Below, one piece after another: positions 17,888 through 26,629 of a stretch of 36,910 nucleotides of DNA; positions within the stretch are counted from its first letter, which is position 1, and each line of letters opens with the position of its first letter. Origin of the DNA: a virus (Duplodnaviria; Caudoviricetes); the IMG/VR virus record IMGVR_UViG_3300032373_000056, positions 1-36,910 of that record; one strand, given 5' to 3'. Under the pieces are notes generated by a model, which saw only the letters and a list, made by a program, of their open reading frames with translations, was not told where the DNA came from and ran no database searches. Position numbers and translations under genes: made by a program.

Positions 17888-18065
17888 CGTTATCACGCTT
17901 TTTAAATCGTGCTTCCAATGTTAAATAGATTCTTATCAATCCATAGACGATTGAAACCAAAGCCGCAAATTCTGGTAAAAATTCAATCACTGCACCCAGT
18001 GGAATACCACCCAAAACAATTACATCAGCAATATTTTTAACTGCTTCAGGTTCTTTGATTGGCAT
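17874..18065 (-). CDS. Putative small holin
   Basis: ~63 aa with one or two hydrophobic helices and a charged C-terminus; directly after X, as P2 Y is. Confidence 0.6.
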   Translation of the reverse strand: MPIKEPEAVKNIADVIVLGGIPLGAVIEFLPEFAALVSIVYGLIRIYLTLEARFKKRDNDEGT

Positions 18066-18067
18066 CT

Positions 18068-18277
18068 TCAATCCCATAAATTATTTGTTTTACTTACCTG
18101 CTTCGTTTTCACAACAGGTAAAATAACTTCTGTTCCCGTGGGTAACACCACACCAAGTGCAGCAATACCGGGGTTAGCATCACAAACCGTTTTCGTGATT
18201 TGAGCGGTGTATCCGTATCGATCAAAGCAAATGCTTTCAACCGTCTCACCTTGTTTACTGATGTAAGGTTCACTCAT
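18068..18277 (-). CDS. X: Tail protein X (LysM-like)
   Basis: QGETVESIC..RYG......V..ANPGIA..G.VLP.GT.V.LP......LWD motif. Confidence 0.95.
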   Translation of the reverse strand: MSEPYISKQGETVESICFDRYGYTAQITKTVCDANPGIAALGVVLPTGTEVILPVVKTKQVSKTNNLWD

Positions 18278-18283
18278 AATCTA

Positions 18284-18757
18284 TTACAAAAGCTCTGATG
18301 TTATTTCCGGCTTTCCTAAAATGTGGCGTATTGAATTACCTGCATCACGCTTATAAGTACCGTAGTGGTTTCGCAACTCCTGAGCGGCTTTCCGTCCGTC
18401 TTCGGTTTGCGTATCAATATCAACATACTTTCTAACGATCTGTGCTTTCGCATCTGAATAAACAGCGGTTAAATAGTGGTGTGTATATTCAGAAACAGCA
18501 CCAACCACATCAGCAGGCACATCAGCCAACAACACATAACCGGCTGCTTGTTTTACTGCTAACCACTCCTTCAATGATTTGTTAGTTGAAATCATGGCAG
18601 ACGTAAGCGCTTGAATCGTGCGTTCATCTGTTACCGTATCTTGCACCCGCATAACATCCCTAAAATCAGCAACCGCAACATCAGGATAAAACGCAATGTT
18701 AGTGATGGTCTGGTCACTGGTGTCATTCGGGTTTACTGTGGGTGCAAAAACGTTCAT
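18284..18757 (-). CDS. L: Head completion/stabilisation protein, P2 gpL family
   Basis: I.N..FYPD.....FR..MR....VT..R...GY..LADVPA...Y..AVY..AKA...Y.D.DT motif. Confidence 0.93.
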   Translation of the reverse strand: MNVFAPTVNPNDTSDQTITNIAFYPDVAVADFRDVMRVQDTVTDERTIQALTSAMISTNKSLKEWLAVKQAAGYVLLADVPADVVGAVSEYTHHYLTAVYSDAKAQIVRKYVDIDTQTEDGRKAAQELRNHYGTYKRDAGNSIRHILGKPEITSELL

Positions 18758-18786
18758 TCATCCACCAATCAAGGAGCAAAATTAAA

Positions 18787-18846
18787 ACGGGTGAGGCTAA
18801 AGAGTTAACGCCGTGCTTGAGCTGCGAATTTCTTTAGGTCACCCGT
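18787..18846 (-). terminator. Long stem-loop in the M-L intergenic region (possible partial terminator or mRNA processing/stability element)
   Basis: ACGGGTGAGGCTAAAGA / TCTTTAGGTCACCCGT inverted repeat, followed on the minus strand by TTTAATTTTG. Confidence 0.55.
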
Positions 18847-18864
18847 GGCGTAGGACCTTTCTAA

Positions 18865-19539
18865 TTAACTGGTTTGCTTTTCCAGCTTCTTTTTCAATTG
18901 ATCAATCTTGGTTTTAACCTTCGCTTTCGAGTAGGATTTATCAGCGGTTTCATAAAGTTCAAGCGCGCCTGCATAATCTTCTTCTTGCTCAAGCATTCGG
19001 GCCGCTAACTTGTGATACTTGCAAGTTGTTGCTTCGAACAAATCCCAATCACCGCTTTTAACTTGCTTATAAGCGGTTTCAAAATATGGGTTAGGGTCTC
19101 CGTCAGCTTCTACAGTATCCGTAGCCCAATCAAGCAATGAATCTGATATGAATGCTTCAATAGTTCGATTGAATCGCTCAGGCATTGCTTGATCTTGTTT
19201 AATGCATTCAAGCGCAAGTTCCCAAGCATCCTCTATTTCACCGACATCAAATGACCAAATCATGTACTGTGCAAGTACCGCGTTTTGATGCTTTTCATCA
19301 GCATTTAAATATTCACTGATGTAATCACGGTGAGTATTGATGAAATCAAGCTTCAGAACTTTTCGTTCCTCATGATTCGCAATATCGTTAATCGCTGATA
19401 ATGTCGATTCCATTGCAGCATGAACCACGCGATAGCGTTTAACTAAGTTGCTTTCACTTACAACGCTAGCCTGCGTAGATGCAACGCCGGTTTTGAATTC
19501 TTTAATTCTTTCTGCTTTTCTCTTTTTTGCAAAACTCAT
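18865..19539 (-). CDS. M: Terminase small (endonuclease) subunit, P2 gpM family
   Basis: QN.VL...MIW.FDVG....A..LA...I...Q.MPERF.R and K.HK...A.VKT motifs. Confidence 0.9.
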   Translation of the reverse strand: MSFAKKRKAERIKEFKTGVASTQASVVSESNLVKRYRVVHAAMESTLSAINDIANHEERKVLKLDFINTHRDYISEYLNADEKHQNAVLAQYMIWSFDVGEIEDAWELALECIKQDQAMPERFNRTIEAFISDSLLDWATDTVEADGDPNPYFETAYKQVKSGDWDLFEATTCKYHKLAARMLEQEEDYAGALELYETADKSYSKAKVKTKIDQLKKKLEKQTS

Positions 19540-19599
19540 AAATCACCCTGAATAAAAATAGTTAAAAAGTAGATGGCGCAAGGTTTGTTTTAACTGGGG

Positions 19600-20646
19600 T
19601 TAATCAGTCCACAATCCAGTACCAGGGTTTTTAAATTTCACATTTCCGTGTTCAATGGCTGCGAACTTCTCGTATACCTCAACAACATAACCCTCGTTGC
19701 GGCTGTTGTAATCTTCGAACTGATCACGCTTGGAGTTATCTTCAAGTTTTCTACGTCTGCTACCTTCTTGAATGTAGATCGATAAGTTTTTAAAACTGGT
19801 GATGAACAAACCACGCGCAGGAAAGTGAGGGAATGTATAGGATTTTAAACCGCCATAAGTCGCTATAACCTGCGAGCTTTCAAGTCGCTCTTTTTCGGTT
19901 GGTGTATCTGCTTGAGTAGAATAAAGCTTGGCTTTATCTTGTGCTATAAAATCACTACCGATTATTGCAACAAGGTCGCCACCGTCTTTATATTCAGCGG
20001 CTATGTTTTGCAATACGTCATGAACCAATGAATCAAGGTTAGGGTAATCACCGCCAACACCCACACGAATTTCATTTGCTGTTGCACCTTGGTCAAGGAT
20101 TTGGCCGGGTGCTTCTTCTCGGGTTAGCTGTAACCAACCTTTGTTAACATCTGAGAGATCAGGGTTTGTCACAATGTCAGATTCAACGGCAATGCTAGTG
20201 CCATTAAACCCGACTTTTATCATATCCGTACCAATCTGAACTTTTACATAGTTACCAAAACGTGTAACGAAGTCTTTAAACTTCGCCCATGCATCCATAG
20301 TTTCATAAGGTAAACCAACATCAGATTCAGTCTTTGATAATGAATAACCGTTTGCGTCAAGCTGAGCAACATTTTTAGGTGATCTATCATTAAGGGCTGT
20401 ATTTGTGCGGCCTGTTACTGAACCTGAGAGGCTTCCAAATATCTTTTCACCTGTTTTATCATCAACAAGTAGAACATTAATGAGTGATAAGAATATTGAA
20501 GTTTCAACAATCTTATCTTGTAACGTTTGCTCTACTGATGGTGTAGCTGCAAAGTGTTTTTCAGTAGCTTCAGGGCTGGCGAGACTATAGCCTTTTGCTA
20601 TACCTTCTCGCATTTTATAAATTTTCAATTCAGTATTCGGATTCAT
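19600..20646 (-). CDS. N: Major capsid protein, P2 gpN family
   Basis: F...PSVEQTL..KI.E.S.FL..IN, DAWAKF.DF, GFNGTS.A...NP.L.DVNKGWLQ and S.NEGYVVE.Y motifs. Confidence 0.97.
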   Translation of the reverse strand: MNPNTELKIYKMREGIAKGYSLASPEATEKHFAATPSVEQTLQDKIVETSIFLSLINVLLVDDKTGEKIFGSLSGSVTGRTNTALNDRSPKNVAQLDANGYSLSKTESDVGLPYETMDAWAKFKDFVTRFGNYVKVQIGTDMIKVGFNGTSIAVESDIVTNPDLSDVNKGWLQLTREEAPGQILDQGATANEIRVGVGGDYPNLDSLVHDVLQNIAAEYKDGGDLVAIIGSDFIAQDKAKLYSTQADTPTEKERLESSQVIATYGGLKSYTFPHFPARGLFITSFKNLSIYIQEGSRRRKLEDNSKRDQFEDYNSRNEGYVVEVYEKFAAIEHGNVKFKNPGTGLWTD

Positions 20647-20694
20647 TATTCACCTGCTGATATTTAGTAGTTAAAAAGTAAAAGATTTACAGGC

Positions 20695-21654
20695 TTAAAT
20701 AATCGCCTCAACGCCATCATCGCTAGTTTCAGGAACTGGGGTTCCCGGTGTTTCAGTGTTGAACTCTTTTTTCAACGCCGAAAAATCATTTGTTAAAGTG
20801 CCAAGTGATTTGGTCAGTGCGCTAAACTGTTCACTTGTAATTACGTCTGCTTTGGGTTCTGGTTTGGCCGGTGTTTGCTCGTCAGGTTTTCCGCTAAATG
20901 CTGCGACATCATTTGCCAGCTTATCCAGCGTAGCTTTTAACGTGTTAAACTCACTACTTGAAACGCCGTTAGATTCAGTGGTTGAATCTTCATTAGGTGG
21001 TGTGTTTGGTTTTGGTTGCTTTCCAAAGTTCTTGGTTAGCTCACCAATTTGATCGCCAATCGCCAAGAGCGCGTTACTAAGATCATTAAATTGTTTTGTG
21101 TTCATTTCTTCGTCCTGTGATTGGTTCTCTGATTTAGAGCTAAATACTTTAAGTAGTTTATTAACAAGGCTGTTAGAACTCGCTTCCATCTCTTGAACGA
21201 TAGTGTCAACATCGAATTCAATAGGTTCAGAAAAATAATTCTCTTTCTCTTGTCCGCGTTTAGAAAATCTCAACTCTTCAGTTCCAAGGCTTGCCGGGCT
21301 ATCAGTTACCGCGATTCCTGATAGATAAGCTTTACCAGTGCCACTAAAGTTGGGTTTTATTTCGATTGAATTAAAAAGGCTTTGTTCTTCCTTGTTCAAT
21401 TGCATTAAGCGCATATTGGGTTGGAGCTTTGCATAAAGAACAACACGATCTTTTTTGTCTTTATCCGCTTTTAGTTCAACGACTTTTCCAAAGTTTCCAA
21501 AGAAACGGTAATGCTCATACCAAATTAATGCGGTGAACTCTTCAGGGTCGTAACTTTCTGCCATTTCTATCAGTTCTTGTCCTGATATCTCACGATCATC
21601 AATCGTTTTTCCCTCAGTTGCTACACGCTTAAAATCAGTTACAAACATCGCCAT
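20695..21654 (-). CDS. O: Capsid scaffolding protein/protease, P2 gpO family
   Basis: RVATEG.TID.R.I....MAE.YDP..A.IW.EH and SIEI.PNF..TGKAYL.G.AVTDSPASLGTE.L.FS motifs; start trimmed to MAMFVT. Confidence 0.95.
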   Translation of the reverse strand: MAMFVTDFKRVATEGKTIDDREISGQELIEMAESYDPEEFTALIWYEHYRFFGNFGKVVELKADKDKKDRVVLYAKLQPNMRLMQLNKEEQSLFNSIEIKPNFSGTGKAYLSGIAVTDSPASLGTEELRFSKRGQEKENYFSEPIEFDVDTIVQEMEASSNSLVNKLLKVFSSKSENQSQDEEMNTKQFNDLSNALLAIGDQIGELTKNFGKQPKPNTPPNEDSTTESNGVSSSEFNTLKATLDKLANDVAAFSGKPDEQTPAKPEPKADVITSEQFSALTKSLGTLTNDFSALKKEFNTETPGTPVPETSDDGVEAII

Positions 21655-21854
21655 TATTTTTCCGCCTAGCTCTTTTGTTAATTCACATTTTGCAAAGTGT
21701 TTCTGCATTTGTGTTGCTGTCGATGCTTAGATTAGGCAATAAAAACCGGCTTCTCAATCTGTTTAGAATCTGAAAATTCCTATATCAATCAATCAGGAAA
21801 GGCACGAACCAAAGCAGGCAGATAATCATTATTTCGTTGCATATCATTACGCCT

Positions 21855-23636
21855 ATGATCTACGTTGACGAAATCAAACAAGCCGCAAAACGGTTATATT
21901 TAAACGGTGCAAAGCCGCAAGAGATAGCCAAAGAGCTGAATGTTAAATCCGTTCGGACTATCTATAACTGGATAGAGAAAGGCGGTTGGAATGATTTATC
22001 GTGTGATCCCGAAGAGCTTGCAATATCTCGTCGTTTTAATTTGCTTGTTGAAAAGGAAAATAAAACAGAACTTGATTTAAAAGAAATGGATGTGCTCACC
22101 GATCAGATGTATAAATTGGCGAAGGTCGAGCGCTACAAAAAAGCAACAAGCGAAGGCGTGTTAAACGTTGGTAGAAGCGGGGGAGAGAATAGCGGAGGCA
22201 GTGACGGAAAAGGCAACGGAAACAATAAAGGCAAAAAGAAAAAAACAGTCAAGAATGATGTATCAGGCATCACCATTGAAGATTTTAAAGAGTGCTTCCA
22301 CGATAAAATGTGGGGCCATCAAAAACACCTATACAAAGTTAAACATGATAAGGCGCTATGTAGAACACGTAATGTATTAAAAACCCGTCAAGGTGGCTTG
22401 ACGTACTACTTCGCCGCTGAAGCGTTTGAAGATGCTATTTTAACGGGTGATAACCAAATATTTCTTTCAGCATCACGCGGACAATCTGCAATATTCCTTG
22501 CATACATTCGCGCATTCGCTCGTGATTGGTTCGGAATTGAATTAAAAGGAAATCCCGCAGTATTATCTAACGGTGCAGAATTACATTGCTTATCAACCAA
22601 CTCACGCACAGCACAGGGCTTTTCAGGCCATGTCTATCGAGATGAATACTTTTGGACACCGAACTTTGAAAAACTAAATTCGGTTACATCGGCAATAGCC
22701 ACCCATAAGAAATGGCGACGAACCTATTTTTCAACACCCTCAACATTAGACCATGAAGCGTACCCGTTTTGGTCTGGTGATAAATTCAATAAGAAAAGAA
22801 AAAATAAAGTTGAGTTTCCAAGTTTTGACGAACTTAGAGAGGGGCGCTTGTGTCCTGATGGACAATACAGATACATCATCACCATTGAAGATGCAATTAA
22901 GGGCGGTTGTAAAGAGTTTGATTTAGAACAACTTAAACTCGAATTCCCCGGTGATGAATTCGATAATTTATTTTTGTGTAAGTTTATTGATGATAAACGC
23001 TCCGTCTTTACACATTCCGCTTTATCAAAAGGAATCTGTGATGCATCACTATGGGACGACTTCACACCCAAATCAGATAGGCCCTTTGGAAACACACCTG
23101 TATGGATAGGCTTTGATCCATCGCGCACCCGTGATAATTCAACCATCGTTGTTATTGCGCCCCCATTAAAACCGGGCGGCAAGTTTCGAGTATTAGAAAA
23201 ACTATCTTGGCGTGGTAGAAACATTCAATACCAAGCCAAGCGAATGAAAGAACTCACCGAAAAATACAACGTGCAATACATCGGAATAGATGTAACTGGT
23301 ATGGGGTTAGGTGTGCATGATCTAGTAAAAGACTTCTATCCGCGTGTCACAGCCATTCATTACAACATAGATAACAAAACACAAATGGTAGTGAAAGCGC
23401 TGGATATCGTCGCGAACGATCGCTTGCGGTGGGATGCAGAACACAAAGATATTTCACAATCTTTTCTTATGATCAAACAGTGCGCCACACCGGGCGGCTT
23501 AATTACCTACAGCGCAAATAGAACAGAATCAGAAGGTCATGCCGATGTTGCGTGGGCAATCATGCACGTATTGATCAACGAACCGCTGAACTACAAAACA
23601 CAACGTAAATCATCAATGGCAATGAGTGGGACATAA
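21855..23636 (+). CDS. P: Terminase large (ATPase) subunit, P2 gpP family
   Basis: N-terminal HTH, LKTRQ.G.TYYFA.EA, NQIFLSAS..Q, DEYFW, VWIGFDPSRT.D and GHADVAWA motifs. Confidence 0.97.
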   Translation: MIYVDEIKQAAKRLYLNGAKPQEIAKELNVKSVRTIYNWIEKGGWNDLSCDPEELAISRRFNLLVEKENKTELDLKEMDVLTDQMYKLAKVERYKKATSEGVLNVGRSGGENSGGSDGKGNGNNKGKKKKTVKNDVSGITIEDFKECFHDKMWGHQKHLYKVKHDKALCRTRNVLKTRQGGLTYYFAAEAFEDAILTGDNQIFLSASRGQSAIFLAYIRAFARDWFGIELKGNPAVLSNGAELHCLSTNSRTAQGFSGHVYRDEYFWTPNFEKLNSVTSAIATHKKWRRTYFSTPSTLDHEAYPFWSGDKFNKKRKNKVEFPSFDELREGRLCPDGQYRYIITIEDAIKGGCKEFDLEQLKLEFPGDEFDNLFLCKFIDDKRSVFTHSALSKGICDASLWDDFTPKSDRPFGNTPVWIGFDPSRTRDNSTIVVIAPPLKPGGKFRVLEKLSWRGRNIQYQAKRMKELTEKYNVQYIGIDVTGMGLGVHDLVKDFYPRVTAIHYNIDNKTQMVVKALDIVANDRLRWDAEHKDISQSFLMIKQCATPGGLITYSANRTESEGHADVAWAIMHVLINEPLNYKTQRKSSMAMSGT

Positions 23637-24712
23637 TGAACTTATCAACTGTAACAAAAGCAAGAAATGGATTAGTAAACAAATTCAACGGTCTGTTTGG
23701 CAGTACGCCAACGGTGACAACCACAAGTGATGTATCAGCGTTTAGTTTTGGAGAGCCTGAATCCGTATTAAGCAATAGCCTCGTTGATTACCTTGGTGTG
23801 TTCTACGATTCCCACCATAATTATTATGTCCCCCCTGTTTCACTTGATGGCCTTGCAAAGCTATTAGGTGCAAACGCTCATCACAATACACTCATTCATT
23901 TTAGAAATAACGTATCAGTGATGGGGTTTAAACCTAATCCGGTCATCACCAAAGGAGAATTAAAACGCGCCTCGTTTGATTTAATCACCTTCGGTAATAT
24001 GTATTTTCAACGGATCACCAATAAATTTGGCCACCTGTTAAGGCTTAAACATATTCGCGCCTTAGGAATGCGCCGAATGAAAGAGAAAGATAAATATTGT
24101 TTTATAGGCCCTGATCAAAAAATTGTAGAGTTTAAAGCCGGTGAAATTATTCATGTAGCAACCTATGATGTAAAGCAGGATGTTTACGGTGTGCCGGAAT
24201 ATCTAGGCAGTATACAGGCCGTTTTACTTAACGAATCTGCAACACTCTTTCGCCGCAAATACTACAACAACGGCGCGCACATGGGTTACATACTATTTAC
24301 CAACGATCCTAACATGTCCCCAGAAGATGAGCAGACATTAAAAGAGCAGATATCCAAATCAAAAGGAGTCGGTAACTTCCGTTCACTCTATTTGAATATT
24401 CCCAGTGGCGATAAAGACGCGGTTCAAATAATCCCCGTGGGCGATATCGCAACCAAAGACGAATTCGACAAAGTAAAAAATATCACGCGAAACGATATTG
24501 TTTCCGGTCATCGTGTAAACCCAGCACTAGCCGCCATCATGCCAGAAGAAAAAAGCAATTTAGGTGATATCAAAAAGGCCGCGCAAGTCTATTACCAACT
24601 GGAGAACGAACCGTTTCAAGAGGATTTAGCGAGGTTAAATGAATTTCTAGATAAACGAAACCAAATCGTATTTGAGCGGCCTAATCATGGAATATTCGCA
24701 GAATCAATATAG
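23636..24712 (+). CDS. Q: Portal protein, PBSX/P2 gpQ family
   Basis: FSFGEPE.V, YY.PPVS.DGLAK, YGVPEYLG.....LLNESATLFRRKYY.NGAHMGYI and KDEF..VKNITR.D....HRV motifs. Confidence 0.97.
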   Translation: MNLSTVTKARNGLVNKFNGLFGSTPTVTTTSDVSAFSFGEPESVLSNSLVDYLGVFYDSHHNYYVPPVSLDGLAKLLGANAHHNTLIHFRNNVSVMGFKPNPVITKGELKRASFDLITFGNMYFQRITNKFGHLLRLKHIRALGMRRMKEKDKYCFIGPDQKIVEFKAGEIIHVATYDVKQDVYGVPEYLGSIQAVLLNESATLFRRKYYNNGAHMGYILFTNDPNMSPEDEQTLKEQISKSKGVGNFRSLYLNIPSGDKDAVQIIPVGDIATKDEFDKVKNITRNDIVSGHRVNPALAAIMPEEKSNLGDIKKAAQVYYQLENEPFQEDLARLNEFLDKRNQIVFERPNHGIFAESI

Positions 24713-24740
24713 ATTGTTATTTGAAGATGGAGAAAGTGAA

Positions 24741-24983
24741 ATGCTTATAAGATGTAAGTGTGGAAATAAAGCGAAGATTGCAAGCCGAAACACATTTTCA
24801 AATATCTATACAGAATTGTACTGTGCCTGCACAGATGTAACGTGTGGTCACACATTCGCAATGTCACTAAGTTTTAAACACTCAATCACACCACCCGCGA
24901 GTGAAGTTAATCAATTCCTTTTTGAATTTGTTAAAAACATGCCAGCCGATAAGCGCGAAGAATTGATGAAACAGACCGCTTGA
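24741..24983 (+). CDS. ogr: Ogr/Delta-family zinc-finger late transcription activator
   Basis: C-x-CG.KA.I.SR...LYC.C.D..CGHTF...L.F.HSI.P; GGAGA RBS before ATG 24741. Confidence 0.92.
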   Translation: MLIRCKCGNKAKIASRNTFSNIYTELYCACTDVTCGHTFAMSLSFKHSITPPASEVNQFLFEFVKNMPADKREELMKQTA

Positions 24984-24986
24984 AAA

Positions 24987-25020
24987 CGCCCCGCGTTATG
25001 TATTGAAAACATGCGGGGCG
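24987..25020. terminator. GC-rich hairpin between convergent genes (probable terminator)
   Basis: CGCCCCGC / GCGGGGCG inverted repeat immediately after the ogr stop. Confidence 0.55.
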
Positions 25021-25026
25021 CCATCA

Positions 25027-25311
25027 CTATTTATAGTTCGGAAAATGCCCCCGTATATGATTAAACAAGTGATCTATCCCCACAATAATCTCATCATCAA
25101 AACCCCCGTTATCTTTCAGTGAATCACACATAAACGTTTGCAATGCCAACAACATGCAAGCCCCTTTGTGTCCTCTGTCTATCGTACGGCCTAGCTCCCT
25201 ATGCGAAACCATTTGATAGCTCTCCCCATTTGGCGCGGTATAAACAAGCTTCCCCTTGTCTAGTGCATCAATCTGATCTTTATCGAGTGATAACAACTTA
25301 GCTTTCCGCAT
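25027..25311 (-). CDS. Hypothetical cargo protein (~94 aa)
   Basis: Free-standing ORF; AAGGGG RBS upstream of ATG 25311; no family recognised. Confidence 0.6.
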   Translation of the reverse strand: MRKAKLLSLDKDQIDALDKGKLVYTAPNGESYQMVSHRELGRTIDRGHKGACMLLALQTFMCDSLKDNGGFDDEIIVGIDHLFNHIRGHFPNYK

Positions 25312-25448
25312 AAACACCCCTTGTTATTAGATTATCAATTTTGCTGTATTTAAAAACGTTGTGTGTTCACCCCCTAATGCTGATATTTGGTGGGTGTTAC
25401 TGCACTACATATCATTATTTCAAATACTGTCACCATTAACTGAATCTA

Positions 25449-25472
25449 AAACTAGTACTAAAGTACTAGTTT
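25449..25472. promoter_or_regulatory. Perfect palindrome, possible operator
   Basis: AAACTAGTACT-AA-AGTACTAGTTT (11 bp arms) in intergenic DNA upstream of the 94 aa ORF. Confidence 0.45.
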
Positions 25473-25667
25473 CATGAACGTTATGATTGTTTACTTTATA
25501 ACCTTTTTTGCGAAATGTCATATGGAAATAATTTTTCTCTAAAACCGCTGACAAGAATAATATTTAGTTTTATCTGAGGATGAATATTGAAAGGGAAGAA
25601 TGGAAAGCTATTGATGAAGAGTAGATGTGATCAAGGCTTATTATTAGTACTGTGGAGGTAGCTCTAT

Positions 25668-26288
25668 TTAAAGCGCTCCTATCTTCTTAATGCATGTTGC
25701 CCGCGCTGTTTCAAGGGTTGCGTAATAATTAAATCTTTCGTCATTTGCATCATCTTGATTGAATTCTGGGAGGCTTATGTTGTAAATATTTTCACTGCGG
25801 GAAACACAAGAAAATACATCAACTAAATTGTTTCTTTCGTCTTCAGTAACTTCAACTAATTCTTCAACGCAATCTAAAAAAGAATATATTCCATAGTAAA
25901 TTTTATCGAGATCATTTCTCATCGAATTTAGTTCTGTGGAATTTTTTGCTTTCATATTAAGTATTTTTTCAATAGTGGCATCGGCACTCATAAGATCAGT
26001 ATGAATAAGTTCAAGAAGGCTTCTGGCTCGTTCATTCTTTGAATTTGTTTCATCGATTGAATTTTTAGTTTTGAAAAAGAAAAAACCTAATATTAGACCA
26101 GCAGCACCATAGATGATGGTGAGGAATCTCTGCCAATCAAGGAGTTTAACTTCGAACAATTGTAAGAACAGATGTTTGTTAGTCTGCTCATAAAATGAAA
26201 GTATATAGATAATAAATATTGAAAACATTAAACAAGTAAATATACCGATGGCTTCAAAGAATATATTTAAATGTTTCCTGTCGGTCAT
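25668..26288 (-). CDS. Two-TM membrane protein with a helical soluble domain (third gene of the cargo operon)
   Basis: Hydrophobic segments IFFEAIGIFTCLMFSIFIIYILSFY and FLTIIYGAAGLILGFFFF; starts 5 bp after the STAS gene stop. Confidence 0.8.
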   Translation of the reverse strand: MTDRKHLNIFFEAIGIFTCLMFSIFIIYILSFYEQTNKHLFLQLFEVKLLDWQRFLTIIYGAAGLILGFFFFKTKNSIDETNSKNERARSLLELIHTDLMSADATIEKILNMKAKNSTELNSMRNDLDKIYYGIYSFLDCVEELVEVTEDERNNLVDVFSCVSRSENIYNISLPEFNQDDANDERFNYYATLETARATCIKKIGAL

Positions 26289-26293
26289 ATTTT

Positions 26294-26629
26294 TTATTTT
26301 CTACTATATCCCGTTTCAATTTCTTTTCTAATGATGCTTTCTTTAACGCGGGAAATATTGACTAGTTTAATTTGCCGTAATATTTCTTCTGGATTAGCAA
26401 ATTTAGTGAAGTAAGCAAAGACCTCATTGGACCAAGATGGCCCCAGTCTCTTTACATGGGAGAAGTCTAAAGCGATAAATGGAGCATCACCAGGCCAATT
26501 GTTTTCGTTTTCGAGATCTTTGAGGTATCTCTCACGGAATTCTACTCCGCTATGTCTTCCATCTCGTTGGTGATCATCTCGATTGGTTAAGCTTGGGGCG
26601 AACTCAATGCCTACATCAAGGACTTGCAT
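26294..26629 (-). CDS. STAS-like (DUF4325-type) protein, 111 aa
   Basis: R....G..SG.EFRE.YL...I.LDF..V...GPSW.NEVF pattern; AGGAG RBS before ATG 26629; overlaps the upstream gene by 14 bp. Confidence 0.8.
   Translation of the reverse strand: MQVLDVGIEFAPSLTNRDDHQRDGRHSGVEFRERYLKDLENENNWPGDAPFIALDFSHVKRLGPSWSNEVFAYFTKFANPEEILRQIKLVNISRVKESIIRKEIETGYSRK

Noticed and set aside
21777-21799. Ogr-binding site in the O-P divergent promoter (TTCCT-N13-AGGAA)
   Set aside because: Only a 5 bp dyad that does not match the P2 TGT-N12-ACA consensus, with no second copy noticed to corroborate it.
4606-23775. Numerous antisense or overlapping ORFs in the track (e.g. 4960-5328, 5683-6345, 7515-7886, 16103-16465, 20756-21052, 22724-23224)
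   Set aside because: They lie opposite or out of frame to well-supported structural genes and have no recognisable motifs; treated as shadow ORFs.
25449-25472. TrpR operator
   Set aside because: Contains ACTAGT half-sites, but spacing and centre differ from the trp operator and no related genes are nearby.
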